From NCBI RefSeq assembly GCF_041956535.1, contig NW_027192211.1, positions 433,995 to 497,994 of the forward strand: 64,000 nt of DNA, read 5' to 3'. Position numbers and translations under genes: made by a program. The DNA is from Calcarisporiella thermophila CBS 279.70. Taxonomy: Eukaryota; Fungi; Calcarisporiellomycota. Positions 25,174 to 38,959 of this stretch are shown piece after piece. The notes under the pieces are model-generated. The model ran no database searches. It was not told where the DNA came from and was given only the letters and a program-made list of their open reading frames with translations. Every line of letters starts with the position of its first letter. Position 1 is the stretch's first letter.

Positions 25174-26483
25174 TCACTCCACATGCCTCTCGCTCATTCT
25201 CTCGGGCTCCCCCTTGATTGCTATGTTCCACCAATCGATCCATTGTTTCACTTTTTCGTAAACCATGAAGGTGATCGCCTGCCCAGGTGCGACACGGAGC
25301 AGGCGGGGAGTCAAGCCTTTGTAAAAGGCTCGCCACCCCTCATTCTTCAGAATATGCATCGTGACGTTTCGGAAGCGGGTCCAACCACTTTCGTTGGCCA
25401 GATCGCGTGAACGTTGGATTCGCGTCTTGATGGTGTCGATAGGCGCATTAGAAATAGGCCCGAGAGCTCCCGAGAGACCCCCAACAATGAGATGTTGATA
25501 CGAAGGGAGCTCCTCATATTGCGGTTGTAATCTGTGAAGCACCTTCTTGGACTCCTGGTAGACGGTGAAGTTGACGGCTTGATTCGTAGCTGATAAGGAA
25601 ATTAGACCAAGGTGAGAAAGTTGTGTTCAAAGAGTAAATGTGGAGAGCCGAATTCGCTTACCTTGGCGAAGCGCAGTTAGAGTCACTCCCTTATACAGTG
25701 CGCTGACACCCTCCTCCTTTGTTATCACATAGGCAGCATGGGCCGCATTGCGATACTTTGGAATATCGAGTGGATCTGTCATGGAGTGCCGCTGAGCCTG
25801 TAGTCGGATTTTGACGACATCCATTGGCGTTACCACCATGACTGCCTCTGTAACACCAGCCAACAGACCAGCTTTGTATCGCAACCATACCCCGCAAAAA
25901 GAGGAGATTGAAAATCAGAATTAGAAAACATGACGAGGAATTAATCGAGTAGAACGCAGAAGCCAGGGAATTTTTTAACCGTGGGAGGAGAAAAGCACCT
26001 ATCCACACGCGACAAAACAATATAGAAAAGAAAGGAGAAAAAAAATGCTTACCCACAAAAGTACTGGTAGTAGACACCTTGCCCGTCTCCTTGTTTGCCA
26101 ACCAGCCTTTATACATCTCAAAGCTTGAAAAGCGGATGGCCATTTTCGGAACAATACCAGAAACCACGGCACCAAGACCTTTATAAAGCGCTAATGGCGA
26201 TTCTTTACGGACAATATTCATACCAACTCCGATGAAAGTTTGTCTTTTCCCCTATAGAGGAATTCAGGATAAAGGAGGAGGAGATTCTCCAGATGAGTAT
26301 CATGGATGTGTGACAAGAAATGGTTCAATTACAATAGTCTACCTGCTGTTTACCAGATTTCGCAAGTTGCATGCGTACTTTAATGGTGTCGAGTGGATGG
26401 CAGCAACATGCTTCTGCAAGCCCAGCAATCCCACCCGCCACTAGATGGGTTGAAAGAGATTTCTTTTGATCGCTATTGGGCAT
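25174..26483 (-). CDS. SFC1: Mitochondrial succinate-fumarate carrier, 4 exons
   Basis: Three carrier repeats HPLDTIKVRMQ, TPMDVVKIRLQ, APIDTIKTRIQ; SFC1-typical QRHSMTDPLDIPKYRNAAHA and RVAPGQAITF. Confidence 0.92.
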
Positions 26484-27235
26484 TGTGGGGGATGGGATTC
26501 AAGAAATGGAATAAGAAAAAGAGAAGAGCGTGGTTTATACACGGAAAGAATTAGATGAAGAAGAAGGCGAAAATTTTACGTGTGGAGAACCGCAGGAAAA
26601 GCATCCCGGTTAACACGTGAGAGAGAGAAATCATATGTCACTATGAAATGTCAAAATCGTGCATTCAGAGCTTGGGCAGATTTGCGAATTTCTTGTCGCA
26701 TTTGACCCTCTAAGCCATTTTTAAAACCGCCCAGCATAGAGAGCCTACAGATTTGCCAGAGTAACCAGCGGCCCTGTGAGAAGAGCGACAGTATGGGCCC
26801 TCCAAAAGGTGTAAAGCAAGGGGTAAATGATTTTAGCCACTTTCTTTTTCTATATACCACCTCCAATCCTTTTAGCATCTCCACTCACTAGAAATCTAAC
26901 CTCGCTCTCTATTAGGCATTCTGCAGCTAATTAATATGGATTAGGGATGGTTCATGCTATGTGTTCAAATTTCCACCAATTTTAATCAACCACCAGGTAT
27001 ACCAGATAACCTCCTAGTAAATCCGCTCTTTAATTATGAATGACCTCATGGGCGTTGCATAACCCAAAACAGTACACTATTGGATTCCGTTGCATATCGT
27101 TTGAAATATCAAGAAGTCGAGGCAAAACAAGACTGTTTCTCATTTCTTGTACTTGAGTCTCAAATTTGTATCAAGCATCGAAAAACTAGAGTTGGTGGCT
27201 TAGCAAGTAACTTTGACCGACAGCCAACAAAAATA

Positions 27236-29141
27236 ATGTTTCGAAGTAGACATATAGCCAAAATAATGCATTATAATCGATCAATTCCTCGGGTCATTTC
27301 TCCTCCATTGCCACCTAGCAGCCCCACTCCTCGATCCTTGCTCCGGTTTAATCCAGAGCATGAACAGCGCCTCCGTCGGCTTGTACAATATTACTGGAAC
27401 TTTCAGAAGAAGCGAGAAGTATGGGACGAGCTCCATGTTCTGGATCGACTTTATTACCGCAATAAGAGTCAGCATAGGAATAATTTGTACTGGAAAAAAC
27501 TATGTGAGGTAGGTTAATGACAGCTAAGCCTGAAAGACATGGCCATGTTAACCTCGTTATTTAAAGGTTCGTCGATTGATGACGAGATTAAACGAGCTGG
27601 ATCTTGCCGGCAAAATTTCGCAACTACATCAGGCATTTTACCCTAAAAAACAGTACTTTTTTACTCGAGATTCCCTTTCTTCTGCGCTCTAATGAATTTT
27701 TTTTTTGTAATCCATACTTGTGTAGGGGCAAGAAAATGAAAGGACAATGGGAATTCATTCCTGAACGAGAATTAATGTTTTATACCCTGCACTATATTAA
27801 TGCGGGTCACGCGTTGATGCAGAAGGTATGGCATATCCTATTTAATATAATTTGGATCAATGGCTAATCCGCACCACAACTATGATGATAGTCTCTTGAT
27901 GCATTCTTAAAAGCCTATGCGTAAGCCCATCGAACACCTGTTTATAATCCCTCCGTTGACTTAACGTAATATCTTTTTAGTACATTTCAGAACTTGCTTA
28001 GCACTGCCAACTTCATGCCAATGGCCCTACTTTTCATGAGCATTTTAAGCCGAATGCGTGTTTTTATCATTGCATGGAAGCAGGAATTGGAGGAATTATA
28101 CGCCATGCTCTACGAATGGGTTGCCGATTTTCCAGTTAATTCTCCAGCCCTTGCTTTGGCTTTGGTTCTCTACATAGAATTGACGATTTATATATAACCT
28201 AGGAAAAGGATTCGCGCTATCCGCTTAAATACGAGGATTTGCCGCTCTCTTTAAAAGGGGATCTCTCTGAGGACCAAATGGAGGTTGAGAAGGAGGACGC
28301 AAGGTAAATTTACAACATTTTGTGCGTACTTGACGCCCACATCACAAGAGAATGGCGCCATTCATGGCAACCTCTGGGCTAATCACTTTTTGCTAAAGCA
28401 GGATTAGCGAGCCCGAATTTTTAAAGGAGGAGAGCCTGCCTAATACCACTTCAGTCATGGCGGCAAGGAGACGCGTTTTGGAGCTAGAGGATATTGGAGG
28501 TACATCCTATCTATTTGGATTCTATATTGCTTTATAAACGAAAAATCGTCTGTTTAGAATCGATTGATATCGTTTCCATCCCACGCTCGTTTTCCAGGCA
28601 AGGTAGCGCACCCACTGCTCCGAACTCTACGCCCGAAACCACGAGTGCCGATAGGCCTCCACATTCACTGCCAGCGAGAATCATTGAGAATCGGAAACCG
28701 ACAGAGCCGAAATTAGCCGCGGATGAGTTAGCTAATGAAACCAAAAAGACGAAGAAGAAGAAGCGCAAACGCATCATGTCGGTTGCCGAGGAAGCTGACA
28801 AGGCGGTCAAACTCCAGAAGACATTTATGGACGACGATTCTATTTTGGACGAAATCGACTCCATTTTTGGCAAACCCCTCATTCCTTCAGCCATCCCTTC
28901 TGCCTCAAAAACGAATATCACCCAACAGAAAAATCCAAGCAAAACGGCCAATCCAGAAAAGAAATCCATCTCTGAAGAGGGCGAGCCGGGACCAAGGACT
29001 GGCGCTGGAAAACCGCGAGATGCGTATTCGAGCGCTAAGCCACAGGGAAATTGGGATGAAATTGAGAGCATTTTCGGCTCGGGGAAGGAGGATAACAAGA
29101 GACAGGCGACGCTGGGTGTGAGAAAACGTAAGAAGAAATAA
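27236..29141 (+). CDS. NEPRO/RMP64 (DUF4477) / Rmp1-like RNase MRP subunit, multi-exon
   Basis: ELHVLDRLYYRNKSQHR..YWKKLCEV|RRL, FMPMALLFMSILSRM; Lys-rich tail with DEIDSIFG and DEIESIFG motifs. Confidence 0.75.
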
Positions 29142-30837
29142 ACAAATGTAGTGCTTGGAGACATCGGCCCTTTGACGCCGGAGTTTAATGAGCTTGGAGC
29201 AAATCACTTGGTGTTTCTCGCTATTTCATTCATTTCAGAATACATGGAATGAAACTGGCTCTTCAGAGTTGTCATGATTCGCATCCATATTTGAAAGTAG
29301 ATGCGTCGTATTTTCTTTTCCTTCAGAGTCTAGGTTCACCTACAAGAATATTCCCACGAAGGGTGGGTGTCAGATTACATGACCTCAAAGTGGGCAAATG
29401 ATGCTACATGGGACCATAAAAGAAATCTAAGTTGGGCAACTGTGTTGTTGCTTTTTCAAAAGGTGCATTCCAATGAAACCCGAACCGAGCAAGATGGGCA
29501 GAGAAATGCCATCAAGGGGGTGGGAGGGGGAGGGAGGGGATGGTGAAGCCATTCATAAATTGGGAAAGGACAGATCCATGGACAGTGTAGCTTGAACCTC
29601 TTGAATCAAAAGCATCCTAAGAGTGGAGGGAAAATGCACTGATACGATAGCTGCAAGATAAAAAAAGCATTCATATATAGACTAGAACATGTCAAACTTA
29701 TAACTGACAATCTCTAATTTGTATTAATAATTCCTATTCGACTTTAATGAAACGGTATTTCAATTGTCACTTTCTACTCTGGAGGCGAAGGGGAAAAATG
29801 ATCTTTAAGCTCAAACACGTGATAATACGTGTTTTAGACAACCTACAATCCCCCCTCTCCGCTCGGTTTCTGATGCATAGGCTTTTATACAGACAAAGGA
29901 AGCAGATCACTCTCTCCAAGAGAACCGCTTCCAATTGCCGAGTCTATGACTACAAACAAACCAAGGCGCAAAATGGTGTGACAGGTCTGTTCTCAGGAAC
30001 ACAGATATCTGCATCGAGTATCCCCAGGTTTAAAGGCTTTCGGATGCCAATGATATCCGGAGTTTTTAATTGAGAAAATACAAGCACATTAGATAATGCG
30101 TGGAATATGGGTCAAGGAATATTACCAGAGGATAAAAAAAATGAACGTCGTGGGATGCTGCCAAGATCATTGGAAGCATTTGACCAAGGATGTGGCGAGA
30201 GCAAAAAAAAAAGCTAAGATTTATAAATAAGTCATGTTTGACAATCCAATCTGGGAATTTCCTCTCAAATATGGGGAGTCTTGTAACGAACAGACGTGAT
30301 ACCTCGACATGGTTTCACTTCTTTTCTTGGCCCCGAATGTTATCCCGACAGCCCGACCGACTTTCCCCCGGCCACCACCGCAGAATTCAATAGCCCCTAT
30401 ATTCTATACAGCAACGGCCGCGGTTCTCCGATGGAGTCCAGCGTATGATCGATGGTTCAACCCCGGCCGATTTGCCCTCTTGTCTCTGCAGTACCAGTAT
30501 GCTCCATCGATGCTGTGTATCTGCGGAAGCATGTTCTCTTTTTCTCTTGAATTTGGCGGTTTCGTCATCCGCAAAGAAATCTAGGGTAACCTGGGGTTCC
30601 AGAGTGAGGTTGCCAAGGAGTTTCAACCTATCTCCCTCCTTACCTTACTCGTGATCGAGATCAGAACCAATACCAGCCGGCACAAACAAAATTCTAGAGT
30701 GCCCAAATAATGCGAGGACGAAATTAGCAGTTTCATCGAAGAGATATAAGAGCCCCTTCCGACTTCGCGACTTTTAGACGGGTGTTTTTTTCTTTTGGTT
30801 GCTGCTTTTCCTCAGAAAGAACCTGAATAAAAGCTCT

Positions 30838-32359
30838 ATGGCTCTACTCACCCCACAAACGCATCCCTCTCACTACATGCCCTCTTATGAAAGTAAATAT
30901 TTCCAACAGCGCTTCTCGTGTTGCTACTTCCCCCTACAGCTACTGAAGATGAAGAACGAGTCCTGCCAGCAGCAGGTGTGTTCATGTAAACCATGCGCAA
31001 CGAACGAGCTGGTGGACTGCTGCGATGAGTGCTGCCCTCTCACGAAGGGCGAGGGGCCGTACGCGCGGAACTTGCCACACCAGCCGTCCTCCCAGGCCTC
31101 CTCGTCGGGTGGAGCGAGCATGCCACGAACTCCACCGCACCGAATCTCATTGCCGCCACTTAATTTCGGAAAGAGTGGCTTAAAGAGACTCCCACCCGGT
31201 ACCACCCTTCCCCCCATCCCTGACCTGCTATCCGTTCCACAGCCCCCCTTCAACCAAAGAGTGCGCCTGGCGGTTGGCGGGCGACCCTCCGGGGTGCCGG
31301 CGCCTTCCTTCCCATTCTCACGGGATGCATCCGTAGGTGGCGCCAGCGGAGCCAACGACAGCAGCAACTACAGCAGGGCCGGCACGGACCGCCACGCCTA
31401 TAGCACCCACTACGGCAGTCGCAATAGCAGCATCAGCGAAGAGGCAGCTCAGCCCAGCTCCAGCCAGGTCCGCTGCCAGTGGACCACGTGCACCGCGGAG
31501 TTTTTCCATCTGGAGGACCTCGTTATCCACCTCTGCAAGCTGCACGTGTCCCGGCAGCCCTATGGGTCCCGGTGCCGGTGGAGCTCCTGTAACGTCGAGA
31601 AGCCCGAGAACGACGAGCTGCTGCTGCATCTCTGCAGAGACCATCTTGGCACCGACCTGCAGCTGACCTGCCGGTGGGCGGGCTGCACCCGCCTCTTCCA
31701 AACGTTCGAGCAGTTGACGCTGCACATCTGCAGCGACCATATTGGCTCCGGCCTCAGCGAGTACTACTGCCAGTGGGAAGCGTGCGAGCGCCGCTCTAGA
31801 CCCTTCTACCAGCGCCAGAAAATCCTCCGCCACATCAAGACCCACACGGGAGACCGCCCCTACCAGTGCTCGGTGTGCAACAAGCGCTTCAGCGAGCCGA
31901 ACGTGCGGGCGCAGCACATGCGCACGCACACGGGCGAGAAGCCGTACAAGTGCCCCATGGAGGGATGCCACCGATCCTTCTCGATCAAGGCCGCCCTGAC
32001 CATCCACTACCGCGTCCATAGTGGCGAGCGGCCGTTCATCTGCAACTTCGAGGGGTGCGAAAGAAGATTCGCCGAGTCCTCCAACCTTAAGAAGCACGTA
32101 AGTAGCTGCGTTGTCGCTCCTGCCTGCTGAATCTGGACTGACGCCCTTTCCCCCTCCTCCCATGCCCCCACAGTCTCGGATACACACAGGCGAACGCCCC
32201 TTCCGATGCAAGGAGGTCGGGTGCGATAAGGTTGGTTGGACTTGTGACAATTTAAGCCTAATGCCCGTGCCGTCTCATTACTTTGCCTCTTTTGGACATT
32301 AGCGATTCAGCAGATCGGATCAGGCCACAAGACACTGGAAGACTCACCAGCGCCTATGA
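30838..32359 (+). CDS. Multi-C2H2 zinc-finger transcription factor, Zap1/ZafA-like zinc-responsive activator (start uncertain)
   Basis: Cys-rich N-terminus ([18 protein letters not shown]); eight fingers including four CxW-type fingers, [45 protein letters not shown]|[25 protein letters not shown]; TGA 32357-32359. Confidence 0.82.
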
Positions 32360-32787
32360 ACCCAAATCCTATTTTCATTGTAGTTCTAATTTGTACAAAG
32401 CTCTATGCAAACCAATAATATAGTTAAAGTTTTCCTCTTACACTCCCTCCTCCCTCCATTGGTCTTGCTCCGGGTTCCCCTGGCGCCCGCTCCTCCTCCT
32501 CGGAAGGCTGTCCGCCTGCTCCTGATTACTTAAGAATGGCGAGTGGGCGAGAGGGGCAGTGGGCGGGCGGGCGGGGCGATTAAGTAAACACAAGGTTGGA
32601 ACACAACGCGGCTGTCCATCCCGTGATATTTATACGGGCCAAATAGGCCCTTGGGCCGCCGCCTTTTTCCCGCGCACAATCCTTCAGCGCACGAAGGAAA
32701 ACCCGGGAATCGAGAGTGGGACGTCGACCAGCACCACGACCACCGCCGTATCGAATCCGTACACCCCCACCCCCCCCCCCCGAGTGT

Positions 32788-34692
32788 ATGCCGCTTTCCA
32801 CCCCTAAGCGCTGCGTCTTCACCCTGTTTCTGTCGCCCCTGATAGCTGCCCCTTTCTTCATCGGGCCCTCGCCGTCGATAACGGACCCATCGCTGCCGTG
32901 TCTGGCGCCCCTCTGGGTGCATGCGGACCGGGGGGATGGGTGGGCCGCCCAGTTCAAATCGGCGGCGAGCATGGAAGGCTGTAGGTGGGCTCGCCTGGCC
33001 AAGCAAGCCATGGTGGTGAAGCGTGGAGGCAAGGCCGGGGAAAAGCAAGACACGCCAAAGGCCAAGGAGGACAAGCCGGCCCAAAGTGAGAAGAAAGATC
33101 CGGCAAAGCCGGACAATGCATCGGAAAAAGAGAGAGGGGAGGAGAGGCCCAAGGAGGCCAAGGATGGCGAAGCAAAACCCTCCCCAGGCAACGACGGCGG
33201 CGGAAGAGAGAAGGAGGGCTCGAAGCCTGAGACGGGGAAGAAGGGCGAAGAAGGGGCTCCGCCTAGGAACGACGAGCCTCCTGCGAAAGACAAGGAAGGA
33301 AAGGAGAAACCTTCACAGAAGCCTGACATGCCGACTAAGAAAGAAAACCCCGTGCAGGAGGATGCTCCAACCTCGCGTGTGGAAGAGGCTGCAGAGGCCA
33401 GTGCGATAGAGAACAGTAAACCCTCTCCCAAGCCCATGGACCCAAGTTCAGATGCAATGCAGGACCATTCCATGACGGAGAAAAGCGAATCTCCTACTCA
33501 AGTTGTGCCCCCTAGTTCAGAGCGACTTCAAGATGCAAGGTCCAACTCCCGAGAACCGACCCCGTCCTATTCCTCAGGCACTAATGACATCACGAAAGAT
33601 GCATCCGCCATAGATTCACAGATACCTCTTTCTAGTCTCCCCCCTTCCACCCACGACACTTCAGATCCCTCCCCAACCCCCTCTCCAACCTCTGCTTCAC
33701 TCATCTCAACATCTTCATCCTCCACACTGCCCGAATCAACCTCACCTTTACCGTCACAATCTCTCATCCCCATTACCTCAATAGACCCCATCTCCATCTC
33801 CTCCACGCTCCCGTCCTCTACGGGGACCTCAGTATCGTCTTATGGTTATACCACCAACAGCTCTACCCACCCTACCCAACCCGGATACTCTTTCCCGCCA
33901 AGCTCCACTACGGAAAATAGCACGCCAACCGACGCCAGCAACATCAATAGCAGAGCCTCGGACACCAGCAGCAGCAGTAGCAGCACCAGCGGCAAGCGGC
34001 CATTTAACCCAATCGATCGAGAATCGGAAAATACGAGCATCAAGATAACGGACAGCCTAGACTCTTCCTCCACCACACCCCCCCCTCCCACTAGTAGCTC
34101 CTCTTCCGACGAGAATTCTCGCCCCGGCACGTCATCGTCCGCTTCGATTCTCTCCACGTCGACTGGCCCCAGCCCCATAAGCGAAGGGGATAAGCCGTCC
34201 ACGTCGAGCTCGCAATCCACTTCCGGGAACCCTAGCCCCTCCACTGGTAATGACAACTACACCCTACTTTTGCGGTGGTGAACACCCGCTGAAGTTAATG
34301 CTTCTTCCCTAGACCTTAGCAGCGCGCCAACGCCTCCCCTCCTTCGGACCCCTTTCACCTCGCTTTCCACCACCCCCACCCTCTCACCTACCTCCACCGA
34401 CACTCCCAACCCCTCCGCATCTCTCCCCCGTGAGCCTGGCCCCACGGACGGCCAGCCATTCCCCAGCATGCCTCCACCCAAATGCAGCCGATACGACTGC
34501 GAAGGCTCGTTCTCCACGGTGATCATCGTCCCGACCAATGTTCCACCCCCCTCGTCGGTCAAGCCAGTGTTCGTGGTATTCAAGGGGGAGGGGATCGCGG
34601 CTAGATCGGCGGGAAAGTCGATGCAAATGGAGCCCATGATTTGGGGGGTGACGGTGATGGCCGTGATTTTCCAAATCTTTTATTGTACATAA
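32788..34692 (+). CDS. Secreted/cell-surface, probably GPI-anchored, Lys/Glu/Pro-rich then Ser/Thr-rich protein; intron about 34247-34311
   Basis: Hydrophobic N-terminus (CVFTLFLSPLIAAPFFI), mucin-like S/T/P stalk, small Cys pair CSRYDC, C-terminal small residues plus hydrophobic tail MIWGVTVMAVIFQIF. Confidence 0.7.
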
Positions 34693-35112
34693 ACCACTCT
34701 TCTATTTGAGTAGCTGAGCTACCCCTCCTGCACAAGGTATGCCTATTAACTATTGAATCTAATATAATATAATCCACCCAACTTGAGAAAGGCTGCTCCT
34801 TCCTCCCTCCCCCTCCCCCCCCCCCTCCCCTTCCCTTTTTGTCCAATCTATCGATAAATACACATCTATGTATATTTCTTTCATTAACCATGTGCTGAAT
34901 AACATCCAACCAGTGTATGTACGCACAAGCAATAACAATAGCAATACTGATACACTGAAGCATCCAAAACAGGCTCAATCGAATGTGAACTAATGAAGAT
35001 GAAATTACAGAGGATAAATAAACATGCTGATGGGGATACTAATGCCAATAAGGATGAAATCTGAAAACTACAATCGCCACGGCCCCTCGCAGTCCACCCG
35101 CCCCCTGGATCG

Positions 35113-38100
35113 TCAGGGCTTGCCCGAGAGTTCAATGACCAACTTCATATTTCTGTCCAGGAGCTCCGAGTATTCCACTTCCAAGCACCGATTTCTCCCC
35201 TCCAGATCCTTGACATACTCCGACCTCGCCTCCAGCTCTTTCTTGAGGCGCCACACCTCGCCGCGCGCCTCTTGCTCCACCTTGCGCTGGTGACTCAGCT
35301 CGGTGGCCACGACCTCGTGCCGCTTACGCATCCGCTCGACCACGTTGTTCACGTCGGCGGAGAAGGCGTGGAGCACCTCGGTGTGGCGCGCGATGGTCCG
35401 GCCGAGTTCGAACTCGTGATCCGAGGCCTGCTTCTCGAGGCGCTCATGCAACTCGTTCAGCTCGGCCTGGTGGGCCAGTTGGGCTTTTTCGAGCTTCTGG
35501 CGGGCATGGTAAATGGCCTCCTTGAGGCGGGTGAGCTCGGCGCGCAGGCGCGCTACCTCTTCAGCGCTGGCATTGGCACTGGCGCCGCCCTTGGCGCCGC
35601 GTTTATCGTGGACCGGGCCGCTGCGGTTCGTTTCGCCCGAGGAGCCTCGGTCCTTGATGGGAGGCAGCGGTTTTTGAAACTTGCGGAGCGCATTGACCAG
35701 CTCCATGTTGGAGGCCTCAAGGGAAGTGATGCGCTCCTGTAGGCGGCGCTTTTCCTCGTTGACCTCGCCGAGGGTGCGCTCCGTCTCGCGGCGCACGTTC
35801 GCGAGTTGGTGGCGCACGCGTTCTGCAAGCTTCTCTTGCTCCTCGGAGAGGACCATGCCCATCCGCATGCCCTCGTCTCCGGGGGATTCCCCCTCCCACC
35901 CCTTGGATTTCAGGGCCTCGGACAGCTTGTTCTCGAGTTGCGCATGCTGCTCCTGAATCGAGGTCAGCCCGTTCACGGCCGCGGCGTGAGCTTTCCGGGA
36001 CGTCTCGAGCTCCCTGTGACGGTGCCCAATCTTTTTGCGTTCGCCGTCCAGCGCGCTCTTCACCCGCTCGACCTCCGCCTCCGCAACACGAAGTTTCTCG
36101 CGTGCTTCATCGCGCTCCTTTTTCAAAAAGGAGAGTTTGGCGTTGACTTCCTCCAGCTGCCGCTTGGCTCGAATGCTCTCCTGCTCCGCACTCTGCCGCT
36201 CCCTGCGCAACATTTCCGCCTCTCCATCGCGCTCTCGCTGGATCTGCTCCGATGCCCGACGCAAATCGTCCAACTCCTTCTGCACCCTCTCCGGCACCGA
36301 CACCCTATTGCCCTGATCGTCCTGAAGGGACCGCTGTGATCTCTGGGAACGCTGAGAATCCCTCCTTACTTTTTCTATTTCCGCCTCCTTTTCCACCAGC
36401 TGCTCTTTCATCATGTCCCGCTCCTTCGAAACCCGTTTGAGCTCGGCGTGGGCCTCTCCCAGGTCGCTGTGCAGCCTCGCTTGAATAGCCTCACATGCAT
36501 TCTGGAATTGCTCCAGGTCATGTTCCTTTTCGGTGAGTGCATTTTGCATTTGATCGCGCAATTCCTCCGTCGCCCTTCGAAGCTGTTTTTGCGCCTCTTC
36601 CAGCTCTGCACGAAGCGAAGTGACGAGCTCCTCCTTTTCGCGAAGCGAAGCAGCCGACTGCTGTTGGTATGCTGTGAAATCTCGATGCGTCTCAGAGGCA
36701 AGCTGGCGGTGCGCTGCACACTCGTTGCGAAGTGCATCGAGGGCCTTTTCCTTCTCGGCGAGGGACATGGCCAGAACCTCTTGGTTGTGTTTCGATATTT
36801 TAAGAGACTGCCGCGCCTCCTCTAGATCCTTTTGAAGCCGTTCGATGAGCGCGTGCTTTTCGTCAGGCCCTCGGCTATTGCCCTGGGACGCTCCCAGTGC
36901 CCTTTCTTTTTGGGTGATTTCCACTTGCATTTGCTCTAGCTTGGTAGTTTTCTCCTCCAACTCCCTGCGCAGCCTCTCGGTTTCCATGCTAGCGTCCCTC
37001 AAGAGCTCCCCAATTTCCTTCTCTCGCGCTTCTCTTGCTTCATTTGCAGCAGCCGCAGCCTTCTTTTCCGCCTCCTCCTTCATCCTATCTCGTTCGGCCA
37101 CTAAAGCCGCAATTTGCTTCTCTCGGTCCGCTACGGCCCTTCTCACTTCGTCGAGCTCGGTGCGATTTTGCGCCGAGACTTCGTCGCGTATTCGCGCTAT
37201 CTGCTGCTCATGCTCGCGCTTTATGGAATCAAGCATTTTTGCGTGCTCGTCCAACTGCTGGGAGTACTTGGCCTCGCTCGCCTCGACTTCAAGCTTTAGC
37301 CTGGCTATCTCTCCCTCCTTCGCCTCTAACTCGTCGCGAAGCTGTCGAACCACACCGCTCACCTCGCCCTTCTCTTGGGTCATGTCGTCGTATTTCGACT
37401 CCGTGTGGGGGCCTATTCCTGCCAAATCATTCTCCAGGGCTTTACATCTTGCTTCCAACTCCTGCCGCTGCTGCTCCAATCGGGCAACCATCTCTTCCTT
37501 TGCTTCGAGGCGAGAGGTGCTCTCCTTAATCTGGGCCGTTGCTTGAGAGAGGATGTCCCCCTTCTCTGGGTCCAGGTTCACATCGGTGGCAAACTGCCTA
37601 AGCCTTTTGCGAAGCTCCGAGACGGATTCGTCTGCAACTTCCTCGACTGCCGGGGTGCTCCGGCCCCTTGAAGCCTCGCTGTCGGTGGGCACTCGATCCG
37701 AACGCCTCGGCACCTCGCCCAATTCGCGTGATCGATGGTCGGGTGCAGGTTTAGATGAGGCGGGCGGCTCGAAGAAGTGCTGGGAAAAAGGAATCTGCCT
37801 CGGCTTCTGCTTCGGCTCATTGGCCGAGATGTTAGGCGCCAGCGAGGGGGGCGACGGAGAGCGGTGGTTATTCTCTCGCAGTTCGGCGAGCGAGGTCTTG
37901 AGACGCTCGCGCTCGGCCTCCAGCTCGCGGACCCTTTTCCGGATAGGATCATTGTGATGGTCACTCTTCGTTTCGAGCAAAGCCTGGAGACGGCTCCGCA
38001 GATTTTCTTTTTTCTGTGCTCGGGTATTCATGTCCTAGAATTGAAATGGTGAGACGCCCTTCTTCCCTCAAAGCACACATGAGGAAATCAATTCAGGTAC

Positions 38101-38287
38101 TACTAACCTCCCCGGACAAGTCCTGCTCCGCCCGATAGCTCTTGACAGAATCGGATCCCACCGAGGTAGGGTCGGTGCGGGCATCGTCGTCATCTCCGGC
38201 ACCATTGTCGTTGAAAATGTCATCGGCGTCGTACGTATCGGTGTAGGAAGAATTGTTAGTTAACTGACGCTGGCGGGTCGCGGGCAT
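35113..38287 (-). CDS. Large coiled-coil protein of unknown function (about 1030 aa, 2 exons)
   Basis: 972-aa heptad-rich ORF plus an upstream exon MPATRQRQ..SGE with GT-AG intron; no recognisable catalytic domain. Confidence 0.8.
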
Positions 38288-38959
38288 GGCAAGAGTCCAC
38301 TAACAGAGAATGGAGCCCAACAGCAGGGGGTGAAAAGTAAATATCGAGGCAATTAGTGCGTCAATGCCGAGATCCGAGAATGAGATCAGGCGAGGAAATG
38401 GAGAGTGGTATGAAGAGGTAATCTCGAGAGAGCGCTTAGGTTGGGAGGCCCTAGCGGGAGTGCGCAACCCTTCAAAAAAGTCCAGCCCAATACATGCTTT
38501 GAGACCTGAAACTTAAGGCACTACTGAAACCGTATGTGATTTTTTTCTCTTGGAAGCTCAATATTGGTCGACGAATATGGCAACTCCAAGGCCATTCTAT
38601 GACAAAATGAAGAATTTGGTCTTGGGGGGGGCTTGATCCTGAGCGGACGGTGCTACCATGCTGAAGCCAGGAGAGCTGAGGGGAACCCATGCTTTGTCAA
38701 TATGGCCGTGAAGCAGTGTATAACCGGCCGCCCGGGAGCCAGCAGAGCGTGATTAATCTAGGCAATTTGGATTACATTATTAAAAAACCGGGCAAATAGG
38801 ATCGACAACACATGAAATATAGCACAATTAAAATTTGTATGAAATAGAGGAAACAGCAAAATTAGATGAGAGATAGCTATGTATCGGTTTAGGTAGACAT
38901 GGAGATAGGTAGGCATGAATATGGGGAGTCCCCCCCTCCCCCTTTGATCCCGATCCGGC

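Noticed and set aside
29200-30800. Zap1-type zinc-response elements upstream of the zinc-finger gene
   Set aside because: Only partial matches to ACCTTNAAGGT; not distinguishable from chance
32580-37957. Many long antisense or alternate-frame ORFs over the GC-rich genes
   Set aside because: Shadows of codon bias and low complexity on real CDSs; no independent domain signal
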